In this document: piece by piece, positions 29,232-39,617 of the stretch
How positions within the stretch are numbered: the first letter of the stretch is position 1
Layout: every line of letters starts with the position of its first letter
Assembly (NCBI GenBank): GCA_963774955.1
Contig: CAVZGV010000003.1
Location: 64,771-128,770 of the forward strand
DNA length: 64,000 nt
Source: Candidatus Falkowbacteria bacterium
Lineage (GTDB): Bacteria > Patescibacteriota > Patescibacteriia > CAIXNZ01
Direction of reading: 5' to 3'
Notes under the pieces: generated by a model
What the model saw: only the letters and a program-made list of their open reading frames with translations
Told to the model about the DNA's origin: nothing
The model's database searches: none
Translations under genes and position numbers: made by a program

Positions 29232-30339
29232 ATGATTACAACTGTATTAATTTTTCTGATTGTTTTAGGTATTTTAGTGCTGGTTCACGAACTGGGACAT
29301 TTTTGCACTGCCAAATTAATGGGCATGAAGATTTACGAATTTGGTATCGGCTTTCCACCGAAAATCTGGAGCAAAAAGGGTAAAGACGGGGTGATTTACT
29401 CGATTAATTCTATACCTTTGGGCGGTTTTGTTAATTTAAGGGAAACAGAATCAGAGGCTTCTGATCCCAATAGTTTTATCAATAAGAAACCATGGAAAAG
29501 GGCCGTCGTTATTTTAGCCGGCGTAGCCATGAATTTTTTATTATGCGTTGTTTTGCTTTCATTTGGTTTTATGTTTGGCCTACCGCAGTCAGTGGATCAG
29601 GATGCGCTTAATTCCGGAATTGTAAAAGATTATAAAATTCAGGTGGTGACTGTTTTAGATGATAAACCAGCCAAAACTGCAGGAGTTGAAATCGGCGATG
29701 TGCTGCTGGCTGTTGATGACCAGAAATATTGCCAGTGTTAAGGATTTGGTTGTGTATACCAGTACTAAAATAGGGACGAAAGTTAATTTTAAATTTTTGC
29801 ATGAAAAAGAGGAAGTAACCAAGGAAATTGAAATTGCAGAATTGGAAAAAGGCAAGGGCGGTATTGGTGTTGGCTTGGTGGAAACCGGGATTGTTTCTTA
29901 TCCGGTTCATTTGGCTGTTTGGCACGGTGTGAAATTAACTTTGGCGCTAACTAAGGAATTTATTTTTGCTTTTGCCAATATTATAAAGAATTTAGTCATT
30001 GGCCAGCCAATCGGCGTCCAGGTTTCCGGTCCGGTCGGTATTGCGGTTTTAACCGGTCAGGTAGCCAAATTGGGTATAATTTATTTACTGCAATTTACGG
30101 CTTTACTCTCATTAAATTTGGCGATTATCAATGCGATACCGTTTCCGGCTTTTGACGGCGGTCATTTAGTCTTTATTATAATTGAAAAAATTCGCCGCAA
30201 GCCTGTTGATAAGAAAATTGAGGGTATAATTCATACTATTGGGTTTTCTTTGTTAATGCTATTGATTATTGTTATTACTTTTCAGGATATTTTAAGGTAT
30301 AGTCATTTTTTTAGTAATTTTTTCAGTAATTTGATTTAA
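29232..30339 (+). CDS. rseP: RseP-like site-2 protease (M50), interrupted by one frameshift near 29710-29740
   Basis: HELGHFCTAK HExxH, PDZ segment, C-terminal NLAIINAIPFPAFDGGH; two overlapping ORFs in frames 0 and 1 rejoin as ...VLLAVDDQK|IASVKDLVVY. Confidence 0.75.
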
Positions 30340-30409
30340 ACGGCTTAGTGCTATAGGGCTTTGAGCTTAGAGCTTTATGCCCAAAGTTTATAGCTTATAG
30401 CAAAAAAAT

Positions 30410-31450
30410 ATGGAATTAAAATTCAAAGAACTCAAAGAGCAGGCCTTGAAGGAGATTCAGGCGATTCGCAATTCGGAAGAGTGGCAGCAGATTGAGAATA
30501 AGTATTTTTCCAGAAAAAGCGGGGAATTGGCCAAGCTTTTGAAAGATCTCAAGGATGTTTCCGAGGATTTGCGTCCGAAAATTGGCGCGGTTGCCAATGA
30601 AATAAAAAATGAAATCAGTAAGGCTTTGGAACAAAAAAAAGTCAGATTTGAATTTGGATATTGATGAGGATTTGGAACATGATTTTATTGATGTAACTTT
30701 AGAAATTGAAAAATATAAGCTTGGTCATTTGCATCCTTTGACTCAGGTGCAAATGGAACTGGAAGATATTTTTAAATCCATGGGTTTTATGATTTTGGAC
30801 GGTCCGGAGCTGGAATCGGATTATTATAATTTTGAAGCTTTAAATCTTCCGTCTTGGCATCCGGCTCGTGATATGCAGGATACTTTTTATATTGATCCCA
30901 AGACTGTGAACGGCACGGAAAATTTGCTTATGCGCACTCAAACTTCACCGGTACAAGTGCGGGCAATGCAAAAATATGGCGCGCCTTTGCGTTGTGTGAT
31001 GCCCGGCCGTTGTTTTCGTAATGAAGCCACTGATGTGCGTCATGAACATACTTTTTATCAGATGGAAGGCTTGATGATTGATAAAAATATTTCTTTTAAT
31101 GATATGTGCGGTGTTTTTGGAAACAGTGGCTAAAGAATTATACGGAGATGACACTAAATTAAGATTGCGACCAAAATATTATCCTTTTGTGGAGCCGGGT
31201 GTTAACGGAGAAGTGACTTGTTTTTTGTGCCATGGCAAAGGTTGTAAATTATGCAAACAGACCGGCTGGCTGGAAATCGTCGGCGCGGGCATGGTTCATC
31301 CCAATGTTTTGAAAGCCGGCAATGTTGACCCCAATAAATATCAGGGTTTTGCTTTTGGTTTTGGCTTAACCGGTTGGTGATGCTGAAATACAATATTGAC
31401 GATGCCAGGTTATTGCAGAGTGGGGATTTACGTTTCTTAAACCAATTTTA
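30410..31450 (+). CDS. pheS: phenylalanine--tRNA ligase alpha subunit, interrupted by three single-nt frameshifts (about 30640, about 31100, about 31378)
   Basis: class II motifs across four frames: N-terminal helix, [28 protein letters not shown]-terminal [20 protein letters not shown]. Confidence 0.8.
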
Positions 31451-31457
31451 GATTATA

Positions 31458-31889
31458 ATGCAGTTGTATAATATAAAAGTGCATAAAGAGAAAAGAAGGA
31501 TTTTAAGAAACACAATGACACCCGCTGAAGTTGCGCTTTGGGTAGAATTGAAAAATGAAAAATTAGGATATAAATTTCGACGACAATATGGAGTCGGTCA
31601 CTATATAATTGATTTTTATTGTCCTCAACTTAAATTCGCCATTGAATTGGATGGCGATGTTCATGCCATTGATAGTGTTCATAAAAAAGATCTGATTAGG
31701 GATAAATTTTTGGAAGAATGCGGGATTACCATGAAAAGATTTTGGAATCACGAGATATTTGAGGATATAAATTCAGTTTTGGAGGTGATAGTTAATCTTT
31801 GTCAACAAAAAACCGATTGTAATTCTAAGGTACAGCCGTCTCATCCGGAGTCTCCCTCTAAGATTAGAGGGAGATACAGAGGGAGTTGA
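31458..31889 (+). CDS. DUF559 (Vsr/restriction-endonuclease-like fold) domain protein, copy 2, inserted between pheS and pheT
   Basis: 143 aa; FRRQY..YIIDFYCPQLKFAIELDGDVH; paralog of 12750-13175 in inverted orientation. Confidence 0.75.
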   Translation: MQLYNIKVHKEKRRILRNTMTPAEVALWVELKNEKLGYKFRRQYGVGHYIIDFYCPQLKFAIELDGDVHAIDSVHKKDLIRDKFLEECGITMKRFWNHEIFEDINSVLEVIVNLCQQKTDCNSKVQPSHPESPSKIRGRYRGS

Positions 31890-32030
31890 TCGGGTAACCC
31901 GAATTCCCCGAATACCCCGAGAACCTCCCCCGAACCCCTCCTTTGTAAGGAGGGGAGATTGCGGGGAATGCCGTGACCACTAAGGATTCTCCCCCTTAGA
32001 CAAGGGGGAGACAAAGAGGGGGGGGTAAAT
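31851..32030. repeat. GC-rich three-hairpin tail of DUF559 copy 2 (A 31851-31874, B 31935-31955, C 31988-32011)
   Basis: A tctccctctaagattagagggaga overlaps ORF 3' end (encodes SPSKIRGRY); B identical to copy-1 B'; spacers also conserved. Confidence 0.75.
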
Positions 32031-32093
32031 TTTGACCGTTAACGACTTTCGTAATTTTCAAACGATTATCGCGAAAATTAATAATATTTTTAT

Positions 32094-34538
32094 ATGGATA
32101 TCTCAAAAAATTGGCTCCAAGATTTTGTAAAAATACCAGACTCTTTATCAGCTAAAGAGCTGGGTTCGAAATTAACCATGTCCACGGCTGAAGTGGAGGG
32201 GATGACTGATCAGGCTGAAAGTTTGAGAGGTGTTGTTGTGGGAGAAATTTTGGAAGTCAAAAAGCATCCTAATGCCGATAAATTACAGTTGACCGTAGTT
32301 GATATTGGCTCGCCTTCGCATAAAGCTTCGGCGAATGCAGACAAAGAGAAATTAAATATAGTCTGCGGTGCGCCTAATATTGCAGTCGGACAAAAAGTTC
32401 CGGTCGCCACTATTGGAACCAAATTGCCGAATGGTATGGAAATCCAGAAAGCCAAAGTTCGCGGTGAAGAATCTAGTGGCATGCTTTGCGCTGAAGATGA
32501 ACTGGGTCTGGGTAAAGATCATGCCGGGATTTTAATTTTAGACAGTAAAGTCATGGTCGGAGAATCTTTGACTAAGGCTTTAGGTTTAGATGATACTATT
32601 TTTGAATTTGATAATAAATCTTTAAGCAATCGTCCTGATTTATGGTCACATTACGGTATTGCTAGGGAAGTTGCGGTTTTATTGGGCGAAAAGTTAAAGG
32701 AATTTAAAGTGAATGTTAAGGAACCGGGAAAACCCGCAGAAAAGCTTGATATTAAAATTGATGATTATAAATTATGCCCGCGATATTGCGGCGTTGTCTT
32801 GGAAGGCATTAAAATTGCGGAATCACCTGATTGGCTAAAAAAACGAGTAGCTAGCGTGGGCATGCGTTCAATCAATAATATTGTTGATATTACCAATTAT
32901 GTAATGATGGAAATCGGTCAGCCTCTTCATGCGTTTGATTACGATAAATTAGCGGAACATAGGATTATTGTTCGTAAAGCTAAAAAAGGCGAAAAAATAA
33001 AGACTTTGGATGAACAAACCAGAGAACTTGATGAGAGTATGTTAGTGATTGCCGATGCCAGTAAGCCCGTAGCTATTGCCGGGATAATGGGTGGAGCAAA
33101 TACGGAAATTGATAATAATACTAAAAAAGTCATTATTGAATCTGCTAATTTTGACCATGTCTCTGTGCGCCAAACCGAAACAAAATTAAATTTAAGAACA
33201 GAAGCTTCCATCCGCTTTGAAAAGTCTTTGGATCCGAATTTGTCTGAATGGGGGATTAAGCGCGCCATTGAATTGATTCTACAGGTTTGCCCACAAGCTA
33301 AACTTGTTTCTAAAATTGAAGACGTAAAAAAGTTTAAATTGAACCAGGGTCCTATAAAATTAAGTTTTGATTTTATAACTAAAAAAATCGGACAGGAAAT
33401 TCCTAAAGATAAAGTCATGAAGATTTTATCAAGTTTGGGCTTTGTGATTAAAAAAGGTGTTAAGGATTTAGGCGTGACCATCCCAACCTGGCGCGCCACG
33501 AAGGATATTTCCATCCCAGAGGATTTAGTGGAAGAAGTGATTAGAATTTACGGTTACAACAATTTGAAATCAAGCCTGCCCATGATTGAAATTTCTAAGC
33601 CCGAAGCCAATACTGAGCGTGATTTGGAACGAAAGATCAAACAGCTCTTGGCCTATGGTTTTGGCTTAAGCGAAGTCTACAATTATTCGTTTGTCGGTGA
33701 GGAACAGGTGAAAAAACTAGGTTTAAAGATAGAAGATCATGTCCGGCTGGCGAATCCCCTGGCTAAAGAGTGGAATTTACTCAGGCGCTCTTTAGTCCCC
33801 AATCTCGTGAATAATGCCGCAACTAATTGCCGTAATTATGATGACTTCGGGCTATTTGAGGTCGGTTCCATATTCTGGCCTGGAGCCAAAGGCGAAAAAA
33901 TATCCGACAAGTCAGATAAAACCTTGCCTTTGCAGGTGAAAATGATGGCCGGGATTATTTGCGAAAAGAAAAATGACCGACCATTTTTTAACGCGAAAAA
34001 TATAATGGCCGGGCTTTTAGCTAAACTGCATTTTAATTATAGCTTTGAGAAATCAGCCGAGCCCTGGCCCTTTATTAATAAAAACCGCACAGTTAAAATT
34101 TTGGTTGAAGGCAAAGAAATTGGCTATGTTACGGAATTGGCAGATGATATCTATGATAAATTTAATATTTTGAATAAAATAGGTATTTTTGAGTTTAATT
34201 TGACTAAATTGACTCTTTTATATAAAGAGGCTTTGAAATATAAGCCGATTCCAAAATTCCCTAGTATTGAACTGGATATTTCCATGATTATAGCCAAAAA
34301 GATTCTCTGGGAAGAAATTTATCAGGCGGTTAAAGACGTTGACAAGGATTTAATCCGTAAAATATCGTTTTTTGATGTTTATGAAGGCCAGGGTATTCCC
34401 GAAGGCAAAAAATCAATTGCCTTCAGAATAGAATATCGTTCTGATGACAAGACCTTGACCATGGATGAAGTTCAGATTATTCATCAGAAAGTTTTAAATA
34501 TATTGAACTCAAAATTTGAAGCTCAAATAAGACAATAA
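32094..34538 (+). CDS. pheT: phenylalanine--tRNA ligase beta subunit
   Basis: 814 aa intact; N-terminal tRNA-binding domain, B3/4 and B5 domains. Confidence 0.85.
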   Translation: MDISKNWLQDFVKIPDSLSAKELGSKLTMSTAEVEGMTDQAESLRGVVVGEILEVKKHPNADKLQLTVVDIGSPSHKASANADKEKLNIVCGAPNIAVGQKVPVATIGTKLPNGMEIQKAKVRGEESSGMLCAEDELGLGKDHAGILILDSKVMVGESLTKALGLDDTIFEFDNKSLSNRPDLWSHYGIAREVAVLLGEKLKEFKVNVKEPGKPAEKLDIKIDDYKLCPRYCGVVLEGIKIAESPDWLKKRVASVGMRSINNIVDITNYVMMEIGQPLHAFDYDKLAEHRIIVRKAKKGEKIKTLDEQTRELDESMLVIADASKPVAIAGIMGGANTEIDNNTKKVIIESANFDHVSVRQTETKLNLRTEASIRFEKSLDPNLSEWGIKRAIELILQVCPQAKLVSKIEDVKKFKLNQGPIKLSFDFITKKIGQEIPKDKVMKILSSLGFVIKKGVKDLGVTIPTWRATKDISIPEDLVEEVIRIYGYNNLKSSLPMIEISKPEANTERDLERKIKQLLAYGFGLSEVYNYSFVGEEQVKKLGLKIEDHVRLANPLAKEWNLLRRSLVPNLVNNAATNCRNYDDFGLFEVGSIFWPGAKGEKISDKSDKTLPLQVKMMAGIICEKKNDRPFFNAKNIMAGLLAKLHFNYSFEKSAEPWPFINKNRTVKILVEGKEIGYVTELADDIYDKFNILNKIGIFEFNLTKLTLLYKEALKYKPIPKFPSIELDISMIIAKKILWEEIYQAVKDVDKDLIRKISFFDVYEGQGIPEGKKSIAFRIEYRSDDKTLTMDEVQIIHQKVLNILNSKFEAQIRQ

Positions 34539-34576
34539 TTGGCTAATTGCTTAGGGCTTATAGTTAATTAGAAAGT

Positions 34577-35965
34577 ATGAAAAAATTTAACCTCATATTA
34601 ATAATTTTGTTATTTTTAGGGTTTCCATTCATTGGAGCCAGGGCTGCTGATTTGTCAGGAGTCAGTTTAAGCATCAATCCGCAAAATGCCAGCAGTTTGG
34701 CGACCTGGACAATAAGTTTTACTGTTCCGGAAGATATAAAATTAGGCCATATTTTAATATCTTTAGGCGGTTATCAGCCTGAGTTGGGTTCGGCTGAACT
34801 TTTTGTTTCCGGCTTGCCCAAGGGAACGCCTCAGGTCGGAAAAAGCAATCCCAATTGCGTCTTTAATTGTGATGACATCCGCTATTACTATAGCGATCCT
34901 ATTAGCGTCAAGAAAAATACTAAAATTACCTTTACTTTAAATAAAGTTAAAAATCCAGATAAAGTCGGAACAACCGGTTTAGGCTTTATCAATATCTTTT
35001 CCTCCAAATATCCGCAAATGACCTTGGTTTATTCCAGCGGGGAGAAGCTGGTGAATTTGGGCGAGGCTTTGACCAGCCCTGATGATGAAAATTTAATTCC
35101 GGCGACAACTACTACCGAAAATACAGAGCCGGCTTCCGGCCTTGCCGGCGTCAAACTAAATGAGTTATTTTTTCAGCCGGGCGCCAAAACCACTAAATTA
35201 GACACGATTAAAGACGCTAGTAAGGTAGAAAATTTGACCTTAGATCTTTTAGGCAAGGAAAAAATTACCTTCAAAGGCACTTTGGATTTATCCACACCAG
35301 AGGCAGTTAAATTTTTTGAAAATCTTGGTGATTACATGACTTTTGATAAATTGAAATTCGAGGTCAAACAGGACTTGATGGATCAGTTTAAGGTACCGTT
35401 GGATATTACTTATTACGATTTGCCATTTATTTGGGATCCGGATATTTTAAAAAATGAAACGGAAGTAATAGCCAAAGAAAATATTACCAATTATCATTAT
35501 GTTATTTTTGATAATAAACCACAGGTTTCTTTGACACTTAATGAAGGCGGTGTGTATCAGTTGGTCCCTCATTTGCAGGTGTTTATTACGGATAATCAGA
35601 AAATACAGGGCTCGAAAAATGAGGCGACTTTTAACGGACGGATTTCAGATCCTAAAGCTAAGATTGTAATTTCCCTAAACGGCAAGGATCTGGATGATTT
35701 GGGTGTTTTAGTGGATCCACTTAAAGGTGAATTTAATTTTACCTTAAAGCTTTTATCAGGGACAAATTTAATCGAGGTTAAAGCTATCAGCGAGTATGGT
35801 ACCTTGCCTAAAATTACCAAATTAGTCCAGTACCTAGCGCCAGAAACATTCCTACCCAAGGAAAAAACCTTCATTAGCCCCTTTAATTTGATCGCTGTCG
35901 GCCTGGCCATCCTGGCAATTATTTTCATTTTTGCCATCAGGCGTTTGGCCAAGAAACGGAAATAG
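34577..35965 (+). CDS. hypothetical cell-surface protein (signal peptide, C-terminal TM anchor + KKRK)
   Basis: N-terminal signal, C-terminal LIAVGLAILAIIFIFAIRRLAKKRK. Confidence 0.5.
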   Translation: MKKFNLILIILLFLGFPFIGARAADLSGVSLSINPQNASSLATWTISFTVPEDIKLGHILISLGGYQPELGSAELFVSGLPKGTPQVGKSNPNCVFNCDDIRYYYSDPISVKKNTKITFTLNKVKNPDKVGTTGLGFINIFSSKYPQMTLVYSSGEKLVNLGEALTSPDDENLIPATTTTENTEPASGLAGVKLNELFFQPGAKTTKLDTIKDASKVENLTLDLLGKEKITFKGTLDLSTPEAVKFFENLGDYMTFDKLKFEVKQDLMDQFKVPLDITYYDLPFIWDPDILKNETEVIAKENITNYHYVIFDNKPQVSLTLNEGGVYQLVPHLQVFITDNQKIQGSKNEATFNGRISDPKAKIVISLNGKDLDDLGVLVDPLKGEFNFTLKLLSGTNLIEVKAISEYGTLPKITKLVQYLAPETFLPKEKTFISPFNLIAVGLAILAIIFIFAIRRLAKKRK

Positions 35966-35986
35966 TGGTATAATAAGGATAGCTGA

Positions 35987-36053
35987 AACACGGATTTAAT
36001 TCACAGATAACACTGATTACTTTATCTGTGTAATCAGTGATTATAAATCAGTG
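35987..36053. repeat. solo copy of the inverted-repeat pair that flanks the GxxExxY gene at 63424-63879
   Basis: aaacacggattt..cacagat..cactgattac..atctgtg..aatcagtg; same words as 63424-63464 and 63849-63879. Confidence 0.6.
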
Positions 36054-36068
36054 GTTAATAATTCCCAT

Positions 36069-36362
36069 ATGCTTATCGAGACTACTAAAGACATTTTATA
36101 TATAGTAATTTCCTTTGTCGTCCTTTTGTTGACTATTTTTATTTGCTGGGCGATTTATTATGTGGCGATGATTTTACGGGAATTTAAAAAAATTGTCATG
36201 GATATGCGCAAGAAAATAGAGTTGGTTGAGGCTGTTTTAACTACGTTTAAAGAAAAAATTGAACACACTTCCAGCTATATGAAGCTTTTAGTGGAAAGCG
36301 CAGGGAATATTGTGGAATTTCTAAAGGATAGGAAGGAAGAAAAGTCTAAGAAGAAGAAATAG
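36069..36362 (+). CDS. small membrane protein (start taken at ATG 36069; ORF track begins at GTG 36051)
   Basis: one TM helix, Lys-rich C-terminus. Confidence 0.45.
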   Translation: MLIETTKDILYIVISFVVLLLTIFICWAIYYVAMILREFKKIVMDMRKKIELVEAVLTTFKEKIEHTSSYMKLLVESAGNIVEFLKDRKEEKSKKKK

Positions 36363-36420
36363 AAGATTAGGACTTAGGCATTAAGAATTTGAATACCCGT
36401 TAGCGGGTATTCTTTTAGTC

Positions 36421-36449
36421 TTGACAAGGTTATAATAATATGATAGATT
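36421..36449 (+). promoter_or_regulatory. sigma70-type promoter with extended -10 (TTGACA-17-TGnTAGATT)
   Basis: read directly. Confidence 0.5.
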
Positions 36450-36455
36450 AAAGAT

Positions 36456-36716
36456 GCTCAAATGCCGCCGAGGCAGATCTCGGCCTGATTCCGCTTCGGA
36501 TCAGAATGACTTGAAAAACTGGTTTTCGGCAGCTTTTACAGGGTTTTGAGCCAGGCTTTTCCGAGCGCATCGTGGCCACTTGCCTGGGCGGAAGTCGCCC
36601 TTCATAAGCGAGAGGACGCACACGCACAAGTCGAGAAAAAAAAGAGATTATTTTTTCGGTCTGAAAAGCTGCCATCCCATTTCTTATTGCCGGAGTCCAC
36701 GTACTCCGGTTTTTTT
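36456..36716 (+). ncRNA. candidate structured RNA of about 260 nt (ncRNA or leader), unidentified class
   Basis: promoter at 36421-36449; GC-rich body with long-range pairing ggcagctttt (36526-36535) / aaaagctgcc (36664-36673); terminator ccggagtccacgtactccgg+TTTTTTT at about 36690-36716. Confidence 0.45.
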
Positions 36717-36739
36717 ATTAGCTGATTTATAGGTCTAGA

Positions 36740-37171
36740 TTGTTATTATTTGGTAGAAAATGTTATAATAGGCACATGACAATTAAACCAAAAACTCATA
36801 AGGTCAGAGGTAAGCATCATAAATTCGTAATGCCGGTATTATTTATTTTATTTACTTTAGTAATTTTAGGGGCAGTGGCCAGAACTGTTATGGCCTCAAG
36901 CGCCGGGGTAGTCTTTTGGGGAAGAATTGCCACTGTTGTGGCCATTTGTACTCCGGATCCGAATACCAATCCTTGTAATCCTTTTTTGTTGGCGCCGCCA
37001 TATGTTGTCGTGGCTACAGTAGACGGACTTCCTAATTTGGTTGGTATTATCCCTATGGCATCCTTAGGTCTGTCCAAAACTGCAGTTCCGGGGAATTGGA
37101 TTGTCGGTTTTGGAGCCCAGACTGGGCCTGCTTTTGTCGCCACAACCTATTGGATGTATAGTCTGCGATAA
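36740..37171 (+). CDS. hypothetical small secreted/membrane protein (probable start M at 36776)
   Basis: N-terminal basic segment then TM/signal; Pro/Val/Ala/Gly-rich body. Confidence 0.45.
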   Translation: MLLFGRKCYNRHMTIKPKTHKVRGKHHKFVMPVLFILFTLVILGAVARTVMASSAGVVFWGRIATVVAICTPDPNTNPCNPFLLAPPYVVVATVDGLPNLVGIIPMASLGLSKTAVPGNWIVGFGAQTGPAFVATTYWMYSLR

Positions 37172-37237
37172 AATTTAGTACTTTACTAGCCATTTAGGCC
37201 AGGGATTCTCTGGTCTTTTTTAATGCGTTGAAATTGA

Positions 37238-37266
37238 TTGACAAGTTTTACTTTTTCTGTTAAAAT
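37238..37266 (+). promoter_or_regulatory. sigma70-type promoter TTGACA-17-TAAAAT upstream of 37323
   Basis: consensus hexamers with 17-nt spacer; RBS AGGAGG before ATG. Confidence 0.6.
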
Positions 37267-37322
37267 ATATAATCGAGTAAATAGGTCAGAACTTTGACAA
37301 ATTTAACCTAAAAAGGAGGTAC

Positions 37323-38672
37323 ATGGTCATGTTTAAGCGTTCAAATTGGCTGGAAAAATATGGCCTTGTGCCAAAGATTTTTCTGGTCTGTCTGCTTTTT
37401 GTGTGTATTGGCGGTCTGAATATTTTTTTGGGGTTTGCTCAGGTAAATTCTTATTCTTATCAGCAAAAATTCAGCCACAATGCCAAACTGGATCCCTGGT
37501 TTCAACCGCCGGCGTACACCGGTCCGGAATTTGATTCCTGGCGGGAACGTAAAGAGGCTGCGCAAAAAGAAATTGACTCGCTTTATCAGCTGGCTTTGGT
37601 CAAGGGCAACGCATATTCGGTGGCGGATTATTTTCATGACTTTGACAGCCTGATGGAACTGGAAGATAAATACAACATACGCTTAACTTCCAGTACGCCA
37701 TTTTCGCCGCTGGATCAATTTGTCCTTCTGCGGGATAAATTGTCTGCCTGGTCAAGGCCCACACCCGATGACAAGCAGGTGGCTTACATCCAAAAAATCG
37801 GAGAAAAGATACGTCAACGCAACGGGGAGTTGGATTATACATCAAATACTGACATCAGCTGGTCAAGCTTAAGACCCATATTGTCCTGGCTGATAGATGC
37901 TTATCTGAAATTTATGTTCTTCTGCACCTTGATTTATATTATCAGGTTTGAGGAGCACAAAAAGTCTATCAGGCGTTTCCAGAGGCATCATCATGAACTT
38001 GGTAGATTTATTAATGATGAAGAGCCTTTTCCGGGTAGACTTTCATTCTACGATGAAATCCTGATCAACCCGTGGCGTTTTATCGGGCGTGTCCTGCTTT
38101 GGCCTAAGTACTTTCTGCATTATCCGCTTTATGAAAGTCCGGCTCAGCTGTGGCGTTTTAATCGGCTTAAAGCCGAGTTTTTGCGCTACCAGCCATTGGG
38201 CTATCAGCTGACTCCCAGGGAAGAAGCGATTTTACTGGCTCAGGCCGGAAAACCGGTAAAGGATTTTGGCAAAACTATTCGCACTTTGTTTTCCTATCCG
38301 GTTTTTATCAGACGTTCAGTCTATCTTGGCTACCTGTCTCTGGTCTTGGGATTTTTATTGCAGCCGGTAATAGTCTTGGCCGCGGATTATTCCAAGAAGA
38401 TTGAAGCTCATTGCTATGGGCAAGATCAGACCATTTTGGCTGAACAACCAAGTGATACCGGTCAACAAATAAGGGCTGGGACTGAAACCCCAAAACAGCA
38501 ACCTGACGAATCAGGCAATGAATGTCTGATTTTGACAGTTGCAGAGATGAGCATTCCTCTGAGCAGAAGCGAAAAGATCATGGATTTAATTTTGCTCAAA
38601 CCCAAAGAAATTGTTGCTGATATTGTCCATGTTCCCATTTTCCGGTTGCTTATCGCGGCGCGTTGTTTCTAA
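37323..38672 (+). CDS. hypothetical membrane protein (first gene of GC-rich island)
   Basis: 449 aa, TM helices at N-terminus, middle and near C-terminus; about 50% GC codon usage. Confidence 0.5.
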   Translation: MVMFKRSNWLEKYGLVPKIFLVCLLFVCIGGLNIFLGFAQVNSYSYQQKFSHNAKLDPWFQPPAYTGPEFDSWRERKEAAQKEIDSLYQLALVKGNAYSVADYFHDFDSLMELEDKYNIRLTSSTPFSPLDQFVLLRDKLSAWSRPTPDDKQVAYIQKIGEKIRQRNGELDYTSNTDISWSSLRPILSWLIDAYLKFMFFCTLIYIIRFEEHKKSIRRFQRHHHELGRFINDEEPFPGRLSFYDEILINPWRFIGRVLLWPKYFLHYPLYESPAQLWRFNRLKAEFLRYQPLGYQLTPREEAILLAQAGKPVKDFGKTIRTLFSYPVFIRRSVYLGYLSLVLGFLLQPVIVLAADYSKKIEAHCYGQDQTILAEQPSDTGQQIRAGTETPKQQPDESGNECLILTVAEMSIPLSRSEKIMDLILLKPKEIVADIVHVPIFRLLIAARCF

Positions 38673-38729
38673 ACAACAAACCAACTAAAGCAACCCGGAA
38701 GAAGTTCTTCCGGTTTTAGGGAGAACGAA

Positions 38730-39341
38730 ATGCGGAACAAGATGTTTTCGGTAATCGTGTCTTTGGTCATTGGCCTGCTGGCGTTTTCAGCTCTGGCTGT
38801 TGAGGACAAGCCCCAGATGGGAGTGTCGCTCAATACCGGCAGGGAACTTGGCGCCAATGTCAATCTGACCGCCAGCATGGTGTTCATCAATCTGATGTCC
38901 ACTCACGCGCCTTACACTTCCTTGGGCTTGAGCTATCAGGTGACTGACCAGTTTACTCTGGCCGGTTCTATGGGCTACGGCTTCGAGGAAGCAGATACTA
39001 TGGATGCCGGCTGGTTTGTAGGCGCTGATACGACCTTCAAGTCCGATGACTGGATCATGGTCAACAGCCTTTACTACTACGCTGGTTATGATATGTGGTT
39101 TTCTTACCACTCGTTGACTTATCCGCTCGGGTTTACCCGTGTGGGAGTTGATGTGCGTAATTACCACTATCTGCAACTGGTGGATGAAGGCTCCAGATCT
39201 TACCAGGTCGGTCCGAGCCTGAAGATCACTTTCAATGACAAGCTGAGCTTGAAGTTGAATTACTATTACGCGTTTGAACCCTATGGCGAACCGGCCATGG
39301 ATTCGAATGTGTACAAAGCAACTTTGATCTACAAATTCTAA
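38730..39341 (+). CDS. outer-membrane-type small beta-barrel protein (signal peptide, amphipathic beta-strands, C-terminal ...LIYKF)
   Basis: N-terminal signal; alternating hydrophobic pattern; terminal aromatic Phe typical of BAM substrates. Confidence 0.55.
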   Translation: MRNKMFSVIVSLVIGLLAFSALAVEDKPQMGVSLNTGRELGANVNLTASMVFINLMSTHAPYTSLGLSYQVTDQFTLAGSMGYGFEEADTMDAGWFVGADTTFKSDDWIMVNSLYYYAGYDMWFSYHSLTYPLGFTRVGVDVRNYHYLQLVDEGSRSYQVGPSLKITFNDKLSLKLNYYYAFEPYGEPAMDSNVYKATLIYKF

Positions 39342-39353
39342 GCGAGGCTGATC

Positions 39354-39593
39354 ATGACTGCCCCAAAGATTAGTGGTAAAGTAACATTAACTTGCTGTTG
39401 CGGACAAGAAATCAGTGTTCATTTATACCGCAACGATGAACCGCGAACAGCTTATGTTGTTTCTGCGGATGATAAGTCTCAATGTTGTTCAAGTTGCGGT
39501 AGGAAATATCAGTTCGCCCCAGTCGACTGTGTTGCATTTCAGATTTGGCCACCGCCATCGAAGCTCAAAGACGATGGCCATGTCATGACTTGA
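39354..39593 (+). CDS. small Cys-rich zinc-ribbon-like protein
   Basis: TCCCGQ...CCSSCGRKY; terminator 39618-39650. Confidence 0.4.
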   Translation: MTAPKISGKVTLTCCCGQEISVHLYRNDEPRTAYVVSADDKSQCCSSCGRKYQFAPVDCVAFQIWPPPSKLKDDGHVMT

Positions 39594-39617
39594 TTTTTTA
39601 ACGGTAATTAATATAAG

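Noticed and set aside
36448-36675. 75-aa minus-strand basic ORF
   Set aside because: Antisense to a promoter/terminator-delimited GC-rich segment. No RBS. Arg-rich translation typical of GC-rich non-coding DNA.
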